NCBI GenBank assembly: GCA_047601445.1
Contig: JASGJH010000001.1
Coordinates: forward strand, 2,048,001-2,112,000
Direction of reading: 5' to 3'
DNA: 64,000 nucleotides
Origin: Myxococcales bacterium
Lineage (GTDB): Bacteria; Myxococcota_A; Polyangia; Polyangiales; DASUME01
Shown piece after piece: positions 1-10,244 of the stretch. Position 1 is the first letter of the stretch; each line of letters starts with the position of its first letter. The position numbers and the translations under genes were made by a program. Under the pieces are notes generated by a model that searched no databases, was not told the DNA's origin, and saw nothing but the letters and a program-made list of their open reading frames with translations.

Positions 1-1103
1 TCGAGGGCCTTGCCGGGCGTGCCCGCACGCGCGTAGGGCATCACCAACTCGCGGCGCGACTGCTTGACGAGGTTCGTCACGTCGCGACCTTCGGGGTTGC
101 TCTTGCCGTACTCGATGACCTCGACGAACTTCTGCAGAGAGCCCTTGAAGTCGTCCAAGTTGTACAAACACCAGGCTTGCTTGTAGAGCGCGTAGCCGTA
201 CACGGCGTTGCGTTCCGGCGGGAACTCGGTGACCTTGCCGTAGAACTTGGTGGCAGCGGTCATGTCGCCCTGGGCGAAGTAGTGCTCTGCGAACGACAGA
301 TAGGCGTTCGGCACGAACTTGCTCTCGGGGAAGTTCTTGATCAGGCGGTAGTAGACCTCGCGCGCCTTGTCGTTCTGCTTCATCTCGTCGAGCGAGAAGC
401 CCAACGCGAAGAGCACTTCGTCCATACGCTTGAAGTTCGGGTGGTCCTGCACGAGGGTCGCGTAGGCCTTGATGGCCTCCTTGCGGTACTCCTCGTTCTT
501 CTTCCCCAGGTTCTTCTGCTGGTCCTGGAGCTGCTTGACCTTCTCCTTATTCTTCGCCTGCTGCGCCTGGTAGATCGGCTCGTCCAGCGCGCGCAGCTTG
601 GAGTTGGTGGTCTGTTGCAGCTCGAAGAAGGTCTCGGCGAGACGCAAGACAACGTCCGGACGCTTCGGAGAGTCGACCGGGTAGTTCTTGATCATGCGCT
701 TGAGAACGGTGATTTCCTTCTCGAGTAGCGCATCGGCTCGGGCCTGCGTCGCCGTCTGGTTGCGCAGCGTGGCGGCGTCGATGGTGATCGACGGTCCCTT
801 CTGCTGTTCCTTGGCCGCATCCTTCTTGCGGGCCGAGCTGGCGAGGTTCGACTTGGGCGCCTGCGACTTGCCGAGCAAGCTACCGCCCTTGTCGAAACGG
901 GGCGCGTTCGCGGGACACTCTTCGACCGAGGTTACGATGGAGGGAGATACACAAGCCCCGCCGCTCGCACCTGCACCTGCAGAAGAAGCCGTAGAGGCCT
1001 TCTTGCTGTCCGATTCTTTGCCCGACTGAGCGCCGACCCAAAGCGGACTCGACCCGATGACCACTGCGAAAGCAGTGGCTGCAACGATCCTGACGTGACG
1101 CAT
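1..1103 (-). CDS. TPR-repeat gliding motility protein, GltD/AgmU-like (partial, runs off the window start)
   Basis: Read manually from ATG at 1103: signal peptide MRHVRIVAATAFAVVIG, then TPR-like helices (MDEVLFALGFSL, FVPNAYLSFAEHYF, YGYALYKQAWCLYNL). Lies directly downstream of the gltC-like gene. Absent from the ORF track because there is no stop in the window. Confidence 0.65.
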   Translation of the reverse strand, partial: MRHVRIVAATAFAVVIGSSPLWVGAQSGKESDSKKASTASSAGAGASGGACVSPSIVTSVEECPANAPRFDKGGSLLGKSQAPKSNLASSARKKDAAKEQQKGPSITIDAATLRNQTATQARADALLEKEITVLKRMIKNYPVDSPKRPDVVLRLAETFFELQQTTNSKLRALDEPIYQAQQAKNKEKVKQLQDQQKNLGKKNEEYRKEAIKAYATLVQDHPNFKRMDEVLFALGFSLDEMKQNDKAREVYYRLIKNFPESKFVPNAYLSFAEHYFAQGDMTAATKFYGKVTEFPPERNAVYGYALYKQAWCLYNLDDFKGSLQKFVEVIEYGKSNPEGRDVTNLVKQSRRELVMPYARAGTPGKAL

Positions 1104-1124
1104 TCTTCGATCCTTCCGCCTAAA

Positions 1125-2840
1125 TCAACGCCGGCACTGAGACGTAACTTGCTGGCGATAGAAGCCCAGCTCATCGCGCCAGTACTCGCCATCAAAAGGC
1201 CAGACTTGGTGCTCTTCATCGACTTCGACTTTGCCGCCCGCGGAGCTTCCCGGAGGAGCCTGCTCCTGCAGAGATGCGGTCAGCTCGCCGCGTTCGTAGG
1301 TGGCGACTTCAAGGTCCACCGCGTCGATCTGGTTCATGAAATCCTGGAGCTCGCTAACGAGACGCGTGTAGCGACCGCGCGCGAGATCGCCCGTCTGTTC
1401 CACCGCGAACGACTTCGCCAGTGCGGCGTCCTGCAGGATGCGCGCACCCACGCTGGAGCTCTTGAACGCGACTGGCTCAGCCTTCAGCTTCGCCTCTTCG
1501 GCTTCGAGTTGTTTCACGTATTCCAGATGGCGAAGCACGGTGCGGTCCGACAACGCGGTCGACACGATGCCGCGGATAGCGGGGGAGAGGCGAGTCTCCT
1601 CGCCGTCGCGGACCTTGGTCAAGAACTTGTAGAACGACTCGTTGTCCTTGAATTCCGAGAGCTTTGCTTGCAGCTCGGTCTGGACGGGATCGTACCGCTC
1701 GTGGAACTTCGTCACCATCGCGGACGCGTTCTCCATCTGGCAGTTGTAGAAGAAGATCACCGACTTCAGGACCAGCGCTTCCGGATAGTAGGAGTTCTCG
1801 AAGTAGGGCGAGAACACCGTGTGGATGTTGCCCATGGCGCGCGAGAACTCGTCCGCCAGGAAGAACGCGAACGATCCCTCGAAGAGCGCGTCGAGCCAGT
1901 ACTCGCTGCCCGGATCCACGCGGCTCCAGGCGTCGACCGCGGCGCCCAGCAGGCGACCGTCGACATCGCGCTCACCGGTCTCCTGATCGACCTTGTTGGC
2001 AGCCGTGTAGTACACGCGCGCCAGCGAGAGCCAGGCGAGGTCGTGCACGCGATCCTGCTCGTCCGTCTCGAGATCGCCCGACTCGAGGGCTTCGACGATG
2101 GCGCGGAAGGCCTGGATGGCAGGGCGAGCCTGGCGCATGCGCACGTAGCTGATGCCCTTGAACATGCTGGCCTGGACGTACCACTTCGAGTTCGAGGGCA
2201 CCTTGTCGAACAGCTCGATGGCCTGCTCGAACTCGCCCTGCGCGTACTTGGAGCGACCGAGCAGGTAAAGCAGCTGGGCGTAGATGGCCTTGCCCTCGCC
2301 GTTGTTGAACTGCTCGATCTGCGCGAGATCGTAGCGGCCCACCTTCTCGATGATGCCTGCCGGCTCGGGCAACTGCGAGGCGAGCTGCGCCAGCCACTGC
2401 AGGCTCTGCTCGAAGAAGAGGTGCCCCGTGCCCTGCTGGCTGATCTCGTCGAAGATCGCGAGCGCCGACTGGTAGTAGCCGAGGTGGTAGAGCGACTTGC
2501 CCAGGAAGAACTGCGCCTTCTGCTGGTTGCCGGGCGTGTCGGGCGTTTCGCCTTCCACGATGCGCTGCAGCTGCACGGACGCCTCCTGATGGCGATCGTC
2601 CTGGTAGAGCTTGAGCGCGCCGGCGAGGGCGGCGGAGGGAGGGCCTTCTTCGGGAGGCGGCTTCGGCGCGGACTTCTCAACCTTGGCAGGCGCGCCCTTC
2701 CCCGGCTTTGCCGGTGCCGCCTCTTCGGTCTCCTCCATGTCGAAGCTCATGTCCTGAGCTGCGACCTGGGACGTTCCCAGGGCGAGCATCACTGCGATCG
2801 CCTTGTGCGCTGCCGACTTCACAACCTGGCTGTGCCTCAT
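1125..2840 (-). CDS. gltC: Adventurous gliding motility TPR protein GltC-like
   Basis: 571 aa with signal peptide and TPR repeats. C-terminus WPFDGEYWRDELGFY resembles my recollection of myxobacterial GltC. Glt gene neighbourhood. Confidence 0.7.
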   Translation of the reverse strand: MRHSQVVKSAAHKAIAVMLALGTSQVAAQDMSFDMEETEEAAPAKPGKGAPAKVEKSAPKPPPEEGPPSAALAGALKLYQDDRHQEASVQLQRIVEGETPDTPGNQQKAQFFLGKSLYHLGYYQSALAIFDEISQQGTGHLFFEQSLQWLAQLASQLPEPAGIIEKVGRYDLAQIEQFNNGEGKAIYAQLLYLLGRSKYAQGEFEQAIELFDKVPSNSKWYVQASMFKGISYVRMRQARPAIQAFRAIVEALESGDLETDEQDRVHDLAWLSLARVYYTAANKVDQETGERDVDGRLLGAAVDAWSRVDPGSEYWLDALFEGSFAFFLADEFSRAMGNIHTVFSPYFENSYYPEALVLKSVIFFYNCQMENASAMVTKFHERYDPVQTELQAKLSEFKDNESFYKFLTKVRDGEETRLSPAIRGIVSTALSDRTVLRHLEYVKQLEAEEAKLKAEPVAFKSSSVGARILQDAALAKSFAVEQTGDLARGRYTRLVSELQDFMNQIDAVDLEVATYERGELTASLQEQAPPGSSAGGKVEVDEEHQVWPFDGEYWRDELGFYRQQVTSQCRR

Positions 2841-3214
2841 CCGATCCTCTTCTCAGGCGGGGGGTGTCTGCGGAGGTCCTTGCGTCACCGCAAGCGACTT
2901 ATGGAGCCCGATGTTCCGCTGCCAACAGCGGATTACACGGGGCTCCTAGAACTTCCCAAATTTCCAAGCAAAATCAGTCACTTAGGCCGCAGAGTGCGAG
3001 TGATGATATCGACGCACAATGTTGCGTGTCAACGAAAAAGGTGGGTGAAGAAACAGGGGTACACGTCTCACCGCGCGAGCGTGAGCACGCGCCAACTTGG
3101 GGGATGGAGTGAGACAGTACACCGCTCTTGACACTGCCTCTCCACGCGAACTAGCGTGCGGCGCCTGCGGCAGAGAAAGTGCTGCTAAAGACGAGCTCGG
3201 TAGGAAGAGGCAGG

Positions 3215-3706
3215 ATGCAACTCTCGGTATCGAAATTCGGCGCGTTCGCGCTACTTGGCTTCTTGGTCACCGCCTGCACCGATGAGGGCGTGGGAGATCC
3301 GTGTATCCCTGAAACGATTCCCTGCACGGAAGCCACGGACACGACCCCCAAGCGCTGCGGGTTTAACCTTCAAGAGTCCTACATCGAGTCCAGCTCGGTG
3401 CAGTGCCGCAGTCGCCTGTGCATCGTGCACCGCCTCGACAACCACACCGACGGCAAGACCCCGGCGGACCCGACGCAGATCTGCAAGACGGGTGAGGACC
3501 GCACCGATCGCGGCTGCGTCACCGAGCCCGAAATCAGCCAGTCCATCTTCTGCACGTGCCGCTGCGACGGCCCCTCCACCAGCGTGGACTTCTGCCAGTG
3601 TCCGGACGGCTTCCAGTGCAAGGAAGTGCTGACCCTGGGCGGCGACGGCATCCGCGGCAGCTACTGCGTGAAGCCCGAGCAGAAGACCGTCGGCGACCAG
3701 AACTGA
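3215..3706 (+). CDS. Cys-rich lipoprotein, CglC/GltK-like
   Basis: ATG at 3215 after a purine-rich RBS. Lipobox VTAC, about 15 Cys. Pattern C-x5-GDPC...YIESSSVQC-x4-C resembles CglC. Divergent from gltC. Confidence 0.55.
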   Translation: MQLSVSKFGAFALLGFLVTACTDEGVGDPCIPETIPCTEATDTTPKRCGFNLQESYIESSSVQCRSRLCIVHRLDNHTDGKTPADPTQICKTGEDRTDRGCVTEPEISQSIFCTCRCDGPSTSVDFCQCPDGFQCKEVLTLGGDGIRGSYCVKPEQKTVGDQN

Positions 3707-3713
3707 GCCCGGC

Positions 3714-4067
3714 ATGACCCTGCGCCAGGTCACGGGCGACTTAGGAGAGTCGCTCGTGGCGGCGCATCTAGAGCGTCACGGCTTCCAGATCGTGGCCCGC
3801 AACGCGCGGGTCGGACGGCTGGAGCTCGATGTGATCGCAAAGCGTGACGACCTGCTGGTGTTTTGCGAAGTCAGAGCACGCCGCAGTCGGGCATTCTTGA
3901 ACCCCATCGAGTCTATCGACCACCAGAAGGTAGCGCGCATCCGCCGCGCAGCTGCCCAGTGGCTGGCCGCACATCCCCAGGGGACGCGCCAGATTCGCTT
4001 CGACGCAGCGGCCGTCGTCTTCGACCGCGAGCCACCGGCGATCGAGTACTACGAAGCGGCTTTTTAG
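3714..4067 (+). CDS. YraN/UPF0102 family protein
   Basis: GDLGESLVAAHL, ARNAR, ELDVIA, FCEVRAR and IRFDA motifs; ends YYEAAF. Confidence 0.9.
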   Translation: MTLRQVTGDLGESLVAAHLERHGFQIVARNARVGRLELDVIAKRDDLLVFCEVRARRSRAFLNPIESIDHQKVARIRRAAAQWLAAHPQGTRQIRFDAAAVVFDREPPAIEYYEAAF

Positions 4068-4096
4068 GGGACCTGCGGCGGGGGGCGGCCAGGAGC

Positions 4097-4717
4097 TCAG
4101 TCGAGCTCGGCCTGCATACGCTCGCGGATCTGCCGGAAGGTGGTGAGGACCTCCTGCGGCGTGCCTGCTTTTTCCGCCTTCACCAGCGCCTCGTCGAGCA
4201 GGGCGATCTCGCCCGCCTGACGTGAGCGCAGGGTGTTGACCATGTCGTTGAAGGCGTTGAACACGTCCTGCAGTTCGTCGCCCTTGCGCAGCCCACCGTC
4301 CACCCGCAGGTGTCCGGCCGCGACCCGAGCGAGCAACAGGCGCATCTTGTAGGCCGGTCCGACCATCTTGTGGGTCACCACGATGCCCGTGAGCGCCAGT
4401 GCGATGACCAGCGCGGCGATGCCACCCACGATGCCCACCAAGATCTGCTGGTCACGCTGCTTGCCGAACGCCTCGAGGCTGGCGACTGCCTGCGGGTCCA
4501 AGTCCGGCTGCATGGCGAGCTGGACCTGCATGGCTTCGGTCTGGCCCTGAGATTCGCGATAGGCGAGCGCGCCCAGGATGGAGGCGACGATCAGGGTCAC
4601 GCCGACCACCATGCCGGTGTATTTGAGCTGAAAGCGCTTATCGAGGAGGTAGTTCCTCAGTTTGCGCTTCGGTGCACCTGCAGCGGGACGCACCGACCTG
4701 GCTTCGACGCCCATCAC
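4097..4717 (-). CDS. Membrane protein with two TM helices and a HAMP domain
   Basis: RNYLLDKRFQLKY N-terminus, two hydrophobic segments, THKMVGP...LRKGDELQDVFNAFNDMV HAMP signature. Confidence 0.8.
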   Translation of the reverse strand: MMGVEARSVRPAAGAPKRKLRNYLLDKRFQLKYTGMVVGVTLIVASILGALAYRESQGQTEAMQVQLAMQPDLDPQAVASLEAFGKQRDQQILVGIVGGIAALVIALALTGIVVTHKMVGPAYKMRLLLARVAAGHLRVDGGLRKGDELQDVFNAFNDMVNTLRSRQAGEIALLDEALVKAEKAGTPQEVLTTFRQIRERMQAELD

Positions 4718-4778
4718 CTAACTCTCCCGTTTCTCGAGACTAGGCCAAGGCCCACATGTACACAACAAAGCGCGTGTT

Positions 4779-5657
4779 TCATTCAGCACGCGCCAAACCG
4801 GCCTGCATGGCCTGCGGCAGCCGCCGCAGAGCGCCCGTGAAAGCCGCCTGGACGGCCTGCACCTTGGCGGCCTCGGTGGTACCGCCTCCCGAAACGGTGG
4901 CGGCGCCCGAGAGCATGGCCCTGATGTCGCGGCCCGGATAGGTGCCGATCACCACGGAAACCTGCGCGCGCACCGAGCCGTCGGGTCGCGCTTCCACCTT
5001 GGTCACGGAGCTATCCACGAAGTACCCGACCAGCTTGGCCGAGCCGATCACCTTTTGGGCTGCCTTCTGGTCCTCGTTCTCCGGGGCCAGCCGCACGCCC
5101 TGCATCTGCGTGACCTCCTTGACCACGTGCTCACGCAGCGCGTGCAAGGCTGGCTGCGAGAGGCCGACCTGGCTGCCCGGCACCCCCACCCCCACGTAGT
5201 AGGTCGCCGGTCCCGATGGCGCGTAGCTCGTGGACGACGAGGAGCTACCGGAGGTCGACTTGGTGGCGCCGCTGCTGGCGGCAGCAGAGGCGACTGCGCC
5301 CAGCGAATCGAGGGCGCCGCGCACGGCGGCACGCACCGAGCTGTCACGGTCGTTTTGGGCGACCTTCAAGGCCGAGATGGCCGTGGGATCTTTCAGGCGT
5401 CCCAGGGAAGCGGCGCTCGCTGCGCGTACCGCGGGGTGCTCGTCCGACAGGGCCTTCGAGAGCGCCTGCGTGACCGCGGCGGCCTGCTGCTGTCCGCCGA
5501 GGGCCAACGCAGCCTGCGTGCGAACCCTGAACTGCGCCGAAGTACCCAACATCCGGATCAGGAAATCGGTCCTGGCGTCTGCCGCGGCCACACCCGAGAA
5601 CAGCGAGCCACAGGCCAGTAAGACGGCTACGAGGAGGAAGTTGCGACGAGGCACCAT
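4779..5657 (-). CDS. Secreted HEAT-repeat protein
   Basis: Signal peptide from MVPRRNF. HEAT repeats (VRTQAALALG, VRAASAASLG), Ser-rich linker, C-terminal alpha/beta domain. Confidence 0.75.
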   Translation of the reverse strand: MVPRRNFLLVAVLLACGSLFSGVAAADARTDFLIRMLGTSAQFRVRTQAALALGGQQQAAAVTQALSKALSDEHPAVRAASAASLGRLKDPTAISALKVAQNDRDSSVRAAVRGALDSLGAVASAAASSGATKSTSGSSSSSTSYAPSGPATYYVGVGVPGSQVGLSQPALHALREHVVKEVTQMQGVRLAPENEDQKAAQKVIGSAKLVGYFVDSSVTKVEARPDGSVRAQVSVVIGTYPGRDIRAMLSGAATVSGGGTTEAAKVQAVQAAFTGALRRLPQAMQAGLARAE

Positions 5658-5887
5658 TCGCACTGAGTTTCGGACCGGGCTCACGCGACGCTCCGCGGGC
5701 AAGTGGGACCGCGCGAGTCGCCGCGCGGGCAAGTCCTGGTGACGCTGGAGTCGAAGCGGGCGGTTCCGCCCGCGAGCAAAACCGGAGCGCTGAACTTGAC
5801 GCTGATAGTGCGCATCGAAAGGTATGAACGGACCGCCACGAGCGAAGCTTCAGCGAGTATGGCAGTCGGCCGTGCGAAGCCGCAACG

Positions 5888-7684
5888 ATGATTGTCCCCT
5901 GGATCGCAAGGCGGTGGGATGCTGTGCGTGCGGGCGGTGTTTGCTGCAACAACGTCGCGGAATTCGGCTACCTTGACGGCGTGTTACTGCGCACCAAGGC
6001 AACGCTCTCGGGACTGCTGGTGGGCCTGAGTTTTGGGATGGCAGCCCACGCGCGCGCGGAGCCTTTGGTGCGCGTCAGAGCCGAAAGCCGGATTGAGTTA
6101 GGTGTCGCCCACCAGGATGTGGGTATGTCGATCAGCGGCGCTCTACGGGACGAGCTCGGCAACCCTCTGCGCGCGCGGGCGATGGGCATCGAAGCCTTCG
6201 CGATCGGTGACGAAGCGCATCCACTCCGCAACCAGCTGACCACCGACGATGCGGGTCGGTTTGCGCTCGAGCTACCCGACACGGAGCACGATTACCGTCT
6301 GTTGGCCACCTTTGCGGGCGATGCCACTCACCGCGGCGTGCGCGTCGAACGCCGCGTCGAGCGCGCCCGCGCCGACGTCCGACTGGAGCTGCGACTGCCC
6401 AGCGAGAGCACGCTCGATCTCGATGCGCCGAACCTGATGGTGGACGCCATCGCCGAGTCGGACGCAGGAGGCGACGGCATCGCGATGCGACTCTCCGACG
6501 AAGAGGGACGCACCGTGGCGAGCGGGGTCACCGGTCCGGACGGGAGGCTGTCGCTGCGGATCTCACCCGACTCGGCAGGCTCGCCAGGCCCGGGCCTGCT
6601 GCGGCTCGAGTCGGCGCGGGACGATCGGCGGGCCGAGGCGCAGACTGAAGCGCGCGTGGTTCGGCGTCGCGCGGTGTTCATCGAGATGCGGCCGGACGGC
6701 GAGCACTTCGAGGCCGGCAGCTTGCTCAGGGTGAGAGGCCACGTGCGCACCCGGGTCGGCCCGCGCGACGGGGTGCCGGTGGGGCTGTATGCGGGCGAGA
6801 GCCACCTGGAGACCGTCCTCACCAATACTCAGGGCGACTTCGTGGCGGAGCTATGGATCGACGCAGCGCCGGGTGAGCTCGCGATTCAAGCGCGCACGGA
6901 GGCCGACGCCACCGGGGCATACCCCGCGGCCGAAACACAGCTCGTGGTCCACATCGAACCACCCCAGCCAGTGCCCGTGCTGTGGCTGGTTGGCGCAAGC
7001 GCACTGCTGGCGGGCCTGTTGTTCCTGCTCGGCCGGGCCCGGCGCGAACGCGGCGAGCTCGAACCGGCCGCCAACATGGAGAACCTGGGCTCGAGCGTCC
7101 ACCCTGCCCGGCGCCACGGCCGGCGGGACCGCCACCGCATCAACGGTCGCGCGGTGCAGGCGCGCAGCGACGCCCCCCTGGCCCATGCAAGCATCCAGAT
7201 CGTCCACGAACAAGCCATGGGCTCCTGCACCTTGGTGTCCGATGCTCACGGTCGCTTCGCCTCCCCTGTCCTGCCCGCCGGCCGGGCGCGCATGCTGGTG
7301 GATGCCCCCGGCCACGTGGCCACCCAGGTGGAGCTCGAGATCCCGCACCGCGGCGAATGGACGTCTTTCGTGGTCAGGCTCGAGAGCCTGCGGGACCGCG
7401 CGCTGTCGCCCTTCCGGCGGCTGACCATGCGGGTGCTCCCCTCCCCTCGCGCCTGGGGCATCTGGACCAACCGCGAGGCGCGCGAGTGGCTCGCTCAGCG
7501 CGCCCCCGCGCAACAGGCGATGCTCGGGCAGCTGACCGCAGACGTCGAACGTGCGTGCTATGCGCGCGAGGACCCGTCGGAAGCCGAGGTCGCACAGATC
7601 GAGCAGTCCTCGACGCTGATCGAAGGCAGTATTTCGACTGACAACCGCCGGGAATCCGCTGAAGAAACGCGTGCGGTGCGTTGA
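5888..7684 (+). CDS. Membrane-anchored protein with Ig/carboxypeptidase-regulatory-like beta-sandwich repeats
   Basis: Repeated T-D-x-x-G-x-F motifs (TTDDAGRF, TNTQGDF, SDAHGRF) and one internal TM helix. True start possibly GTG at 5981. Confidence 0.6.
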   Translation: MIVPWIARRWDAVRAGGVCCNNVAEFGYLDGVLLRTKATLSGLLVGLSFGMAAHARAEPLVRVRAESRIELGVAHQDVGMSISGALRDELGNPLRARAMGIEAFAIGDEAHPLRNQLTTDDAGRFALELPDTEHDYRLLATFAGDATHRGVRVERRVERARADVRLELRLPSESTLDLDAPNLMVDAIAESDAGGDGIAMRLSDEEGRTVASGVTGPDGRLSLRISPDSAGSPGPGLLRLESARDDRRAEAQTEARVVRRRAVFIEMRPDGEHFEAGSLLRVRGHVRTRVGPRDGVPVGLYAGESHLETVLTNTQGDFVAELWIDAAPGELAIQARTEADATGAYPAAETQLVVHIEPPQPVPVLWLVGASALLAGLLFLLGRARRERGELEPAANMENLGSSVHPARRHGRRDRHRINGRAVQARSDAPLAHASIQIVHEQAMGSCTLVSDAHGRFASPVLPAGRARMLVDAPGHVATQVELEIPHRGEWTSFVVRLESLRDRALSPFRRLTMRVLPSPRAWGIWTNREAREWLAQRAPAQQAMLGQLTADVERACYAREDPSEAEVAQIEQSSTLIEGSISTDNRRESAEETRAVR

Positions 7685-7777
7685 CTCGGCACAGGTCCCG
7701 TTCTTATATGCGGGCTCATCGAGAGCTTCGCGCGCGCGCTCGCGCGCCTCGGCTCATCGAGCGATGCAGAGGGTGAC

Positions 7778-9046
7778 ATGGGTTCCGAGTTGATCATCGC
7801 GCTAGTGGTCGTCGCCGTGGTGGTGGCCGTCCTCATATTCGCGCGCTCCAAGACGCCAAAGCTGCCACCGGCTCAGCCGCCGGAGGCCCTTCCGCCCACG
7901 GCGGCGCCTCGCGCAACTCCGGCGGCCCCGGCCAAGCCCGCCGCAGCCCCCGCCGCGAAGCCCGCGGCCCCGGGCAAGCCCGCTGCCAAGGAACCCGAGA
8001 TCTCGGTCGACGAGCCGGTCCGCGGCACCATGGAGCTCACACGGGACGAGCTGGTCACCCCTCCCCCGCCTCCGCCCCGCTTCCGTGAGCCGGAGCCCAA
8101 GCGTCCCTCCGCCGAAGATCTCGCCTCCCTCAAGAAGGGCCTGGCATCCACGCGCGGCGGCTTCATCGCGCGCCTATCGCGGCTCTTCGGCGGCAAGCCC
8201 GAGATCGATCCCCAGCTGATCGAGCAGATCGAAGAAGTGCTGATCACTGCTGACATCGGGACGAAGACCACCCAACGCATCCTCGACCGCCTGCGCGATC
8301 GCCTCTCACGCAAGGAACTCACCGACGAAGAGCGCGTGTGGGCTTCGCTGCGCGACGAGGCGCGCTCGATCCTCGGCTCGAGCACCGGTCGACTGGCCTT
8401 CAAGGGTCGTCCTGCCGTGCTGCTCGTGATCGGCGTGAACGGCGTCGGAAAGACCACCACCATCGGCAAGTTGGCCAGCCGGCTTTCAGCGCAGGGCGCC
8501 AAAATCATGCTCGTGGCCGCCGATACCTTCCGCGCAGCAGCCGTGCTGCAGCTCGAAGTGTGGGGCAAGCGCGTAGGTTGCCCCGTAGTGAAGGGCAAAG
8601 AGAACGCCGATCCGTCCTCCGTGGTGTTCGATGCGCTCAAGCGCGCCGAAAGCGAGGGGATCGATCTCGTGATCGTCGACACCGCCGGGCGCTTGCACAC
8701 CAAGGCTCCCCTCATGGAGGAGCTCAAGAAGCTGGGGCGCACGGTGGAGAAAGCGCTGGGGCGACCGGCCGATGAGATCTTGTTGGTGCTCGACTCCACC
8801 AATGGTCAGAACGCGCTTCAGCAGGCAGCGATGTTCCGCGAGGCTCTACCGATTACCGGCATTGTTCTCACCAAGTTGGACGGAACAGCCAAAGGTGGCG
8901 TGGTCCTGGGCATCGTAGACGAGCAACAACTGCCCATTCGGTTCATTGGCATCGGTGAACGAGTGGAGGATCTTCGCGAGTTCGACCCCCAGAGCTTCGT
9001 GGATGCGTTGTTCGAGAGACCCGACAGCGAGACGTCCGCTGCGTAG
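7778..9046 (+). CDS. ftsY: Signal recognition particle receptor FtsY
   Basis: GVNGVGKTTTIGKLA, DTFRAAA, DTAGRLHT and TKLDGTAKGG motifs. N-terminal TM anchor plus Pro/Ala linker. Confidence 0.97.
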   Translation: MGSELIIALVVVAVVVAVLIFARSKTPKLPPAQPPEALPPTAAPRATPAAPAKPAAAPAAKPAAPGKPAAKEPEISVDEPVRGTMELTRDELVTPPPPPPRFREPEPKRPSAEDLASLKKGLASTRGGFIARLSRLFGGKPEIDPQLIEQIEEVLITADIGTKTTQRILDRLRDRLSRKELTDEERVWASLRDEARSILGSSTGRLAFKGRPAVLLVIGVNGVGKTTTIGKLASRLSAQGAKIMLVAADTFRAAAVLQLEVWGKRVGCPVVKGKENADPSSVVFDALKRAESEGIDLVIVDTAGRLHTKAPLMEELKKLGRTVEKALGRPADEILLVLDSTNGQNALQQAAMFREALPITGIVLTKLDGTAKGGVVLGIVDEQQLPIRFIGIGERVEDLREFDPQSFVDALFERPDSETSAA

Positions 9047-9083
9047 TTTTCGCCCCCGCGTGGGACCACGCAGTTCGACGCCG

Positions 9084-9113
9084 TTGATTGTGTGAGATTC
9101 ACCGTGATATAGT
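9084..9113 (+). promoter_or_regulatory. Putative sigma70-type promoter for the outer-membrane barrel pair
   Basis: TTGATT (9084-9089), 18-bp spacer, extended -10 TG-A-TATAGT (9105-9113), in an AT-richer intergenic stretch. Confidence 0.5.
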
Positions 9114-9254
9114 CGCCGGCGCTTTGCGTTTAACGGCAGATTCCCGAGCGATTTCAAAAGGTTGCGCCCCGATCAGCCTGAGCACAAAGATGTGTCGTCA
9201 ATGCATGTAGATGCCGCGGATAGGGTCGCTGTGCGGAGTTTCAAAGAGGTATGC

Positions 9255-10193
9255 ATGACTAAGTCTCGATTGGTGGCGTGGCTCGCGCTTATCGTTAGCT
9301 CCCAAGTAAGCGCGTTAGCCTCCGCCCAGGACATGAGCTTCGGCCTCGAAGAGACGGAATCGGCCGGTGCAGAAGGTGACGCCGCGGGTGAAGCGGCGAC
9401 TAGTGGAGAGGCGGAGGGTAGTGCCGGTGGCGATGTCATCGGCGACCTGGCGGGCGATGACAGCTCGTCCACACCGAAGGCTGCAGCGCAGTCGACGGGC
9501 CCGAAGCTCAAGGAAGTCAGCGAGGAGATCTATGCGGTGCAGCAGATTTACGCGCTGCGCAACAACCGCCTGGAGTTGATGCCCTCGTTCGGCTTCACCT
9601 TGAACGATCCCTACGTGAGCCACCCGAACATCGGCGTCGGTCTCAACTACTGGATCACCAACGTGCTCGCGGTTGGCGCGAACATGAACTGGTACCAGGG
9701 CCTGGAGGACGAGTCGGATCTCAACTTCCACGTGCGTCGTTCGACGCGCCTCGCCACGCGCCCAACCGAGTTCCAGTTCGGCGCTTCCTTGAACTTCACG
9801 TACGTGCCCTTCTACGGCAAGTTCTCGATGTTCAACCGCTACATCTTCCAGTGGGACGCCTACGTGGTCGGCGGCGTCGGCGTCATGCGCACGCGCCCGG
9901 TTCCGGTGGTGGATCCCGAGTACCGCAGCTTCGACTACTCCTACAAGTTGTCGATCGGCAACCCCGGCATCGGCTTGCGCATCTTCCTCAGCAAGTGGCT
10001 CACCGTGTTCATGGAGGGCCGCACCTATCCCTATCTCGAGAAACTCGAGAACTTGTCTGTCGCGCTCGGAGCGGACCGCAAGAGTCCGTCTACTTGGAAG
10101 GACAGCTCGAACACCCTGGTATGGAACGTGGTCGCTTCAGTGGGCATGACCATCTACTTCCCCTTCAAGTTCGACTACAAGCTGCCCAAGTAA
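9255..10193 (+). CDS. Outer-membrane beta-barrel protein, GltA/GltB-type
   Basis: Signal peptide, acidic linker, amphipathic strands (RLELMPSFGFTLNDPY, PFYGKF, DAYVVGGVG), C-terminal aromatic strand. Confidence 0.75.
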   Translation: MTKSRLVAWLALIVSSQVSALASAQDMSFGLEETESAGAEGDAAGEAATSGEAEGSAGGDVIGDLAGDDSSSTPKAAAQSTGPKLKEVSEEIYAVQQIYALRNNRLELMPSFGFTLNDPYVSHPNIGVGLNYWITNVLAVGANMNWYQGLEDESDLNFHVRRSTRLATRPTEFQFGASLNFTYVPFYGKFSMFNRYIFQWDAYVVGGVGVMRTRPVPVVDPEYRSFDYSYKLSIGNPGIGLRIFLSKWLTVFMEGRTYPYLEKLENLSVALGADRKSPSTWKDSSNTLVWNVVASVGMTIYFPFKFDYKLPK

Positions 10194-10244
10194 GCCCTGA
10201 AAGCGCCAACGATGCCTACCATCCAATCGCAATCGAGGAAGTCT

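Noticed and set aside
1095..3131. 678-aa plus-strand ORF (and similar long ORFs such as 27094..29415 minus, 43464..44852 plus, 58801..60327 plus)
   Set aside because: Antisense shadows of well-supported genes, typical of high-GC DNA; no recognisable motifs.
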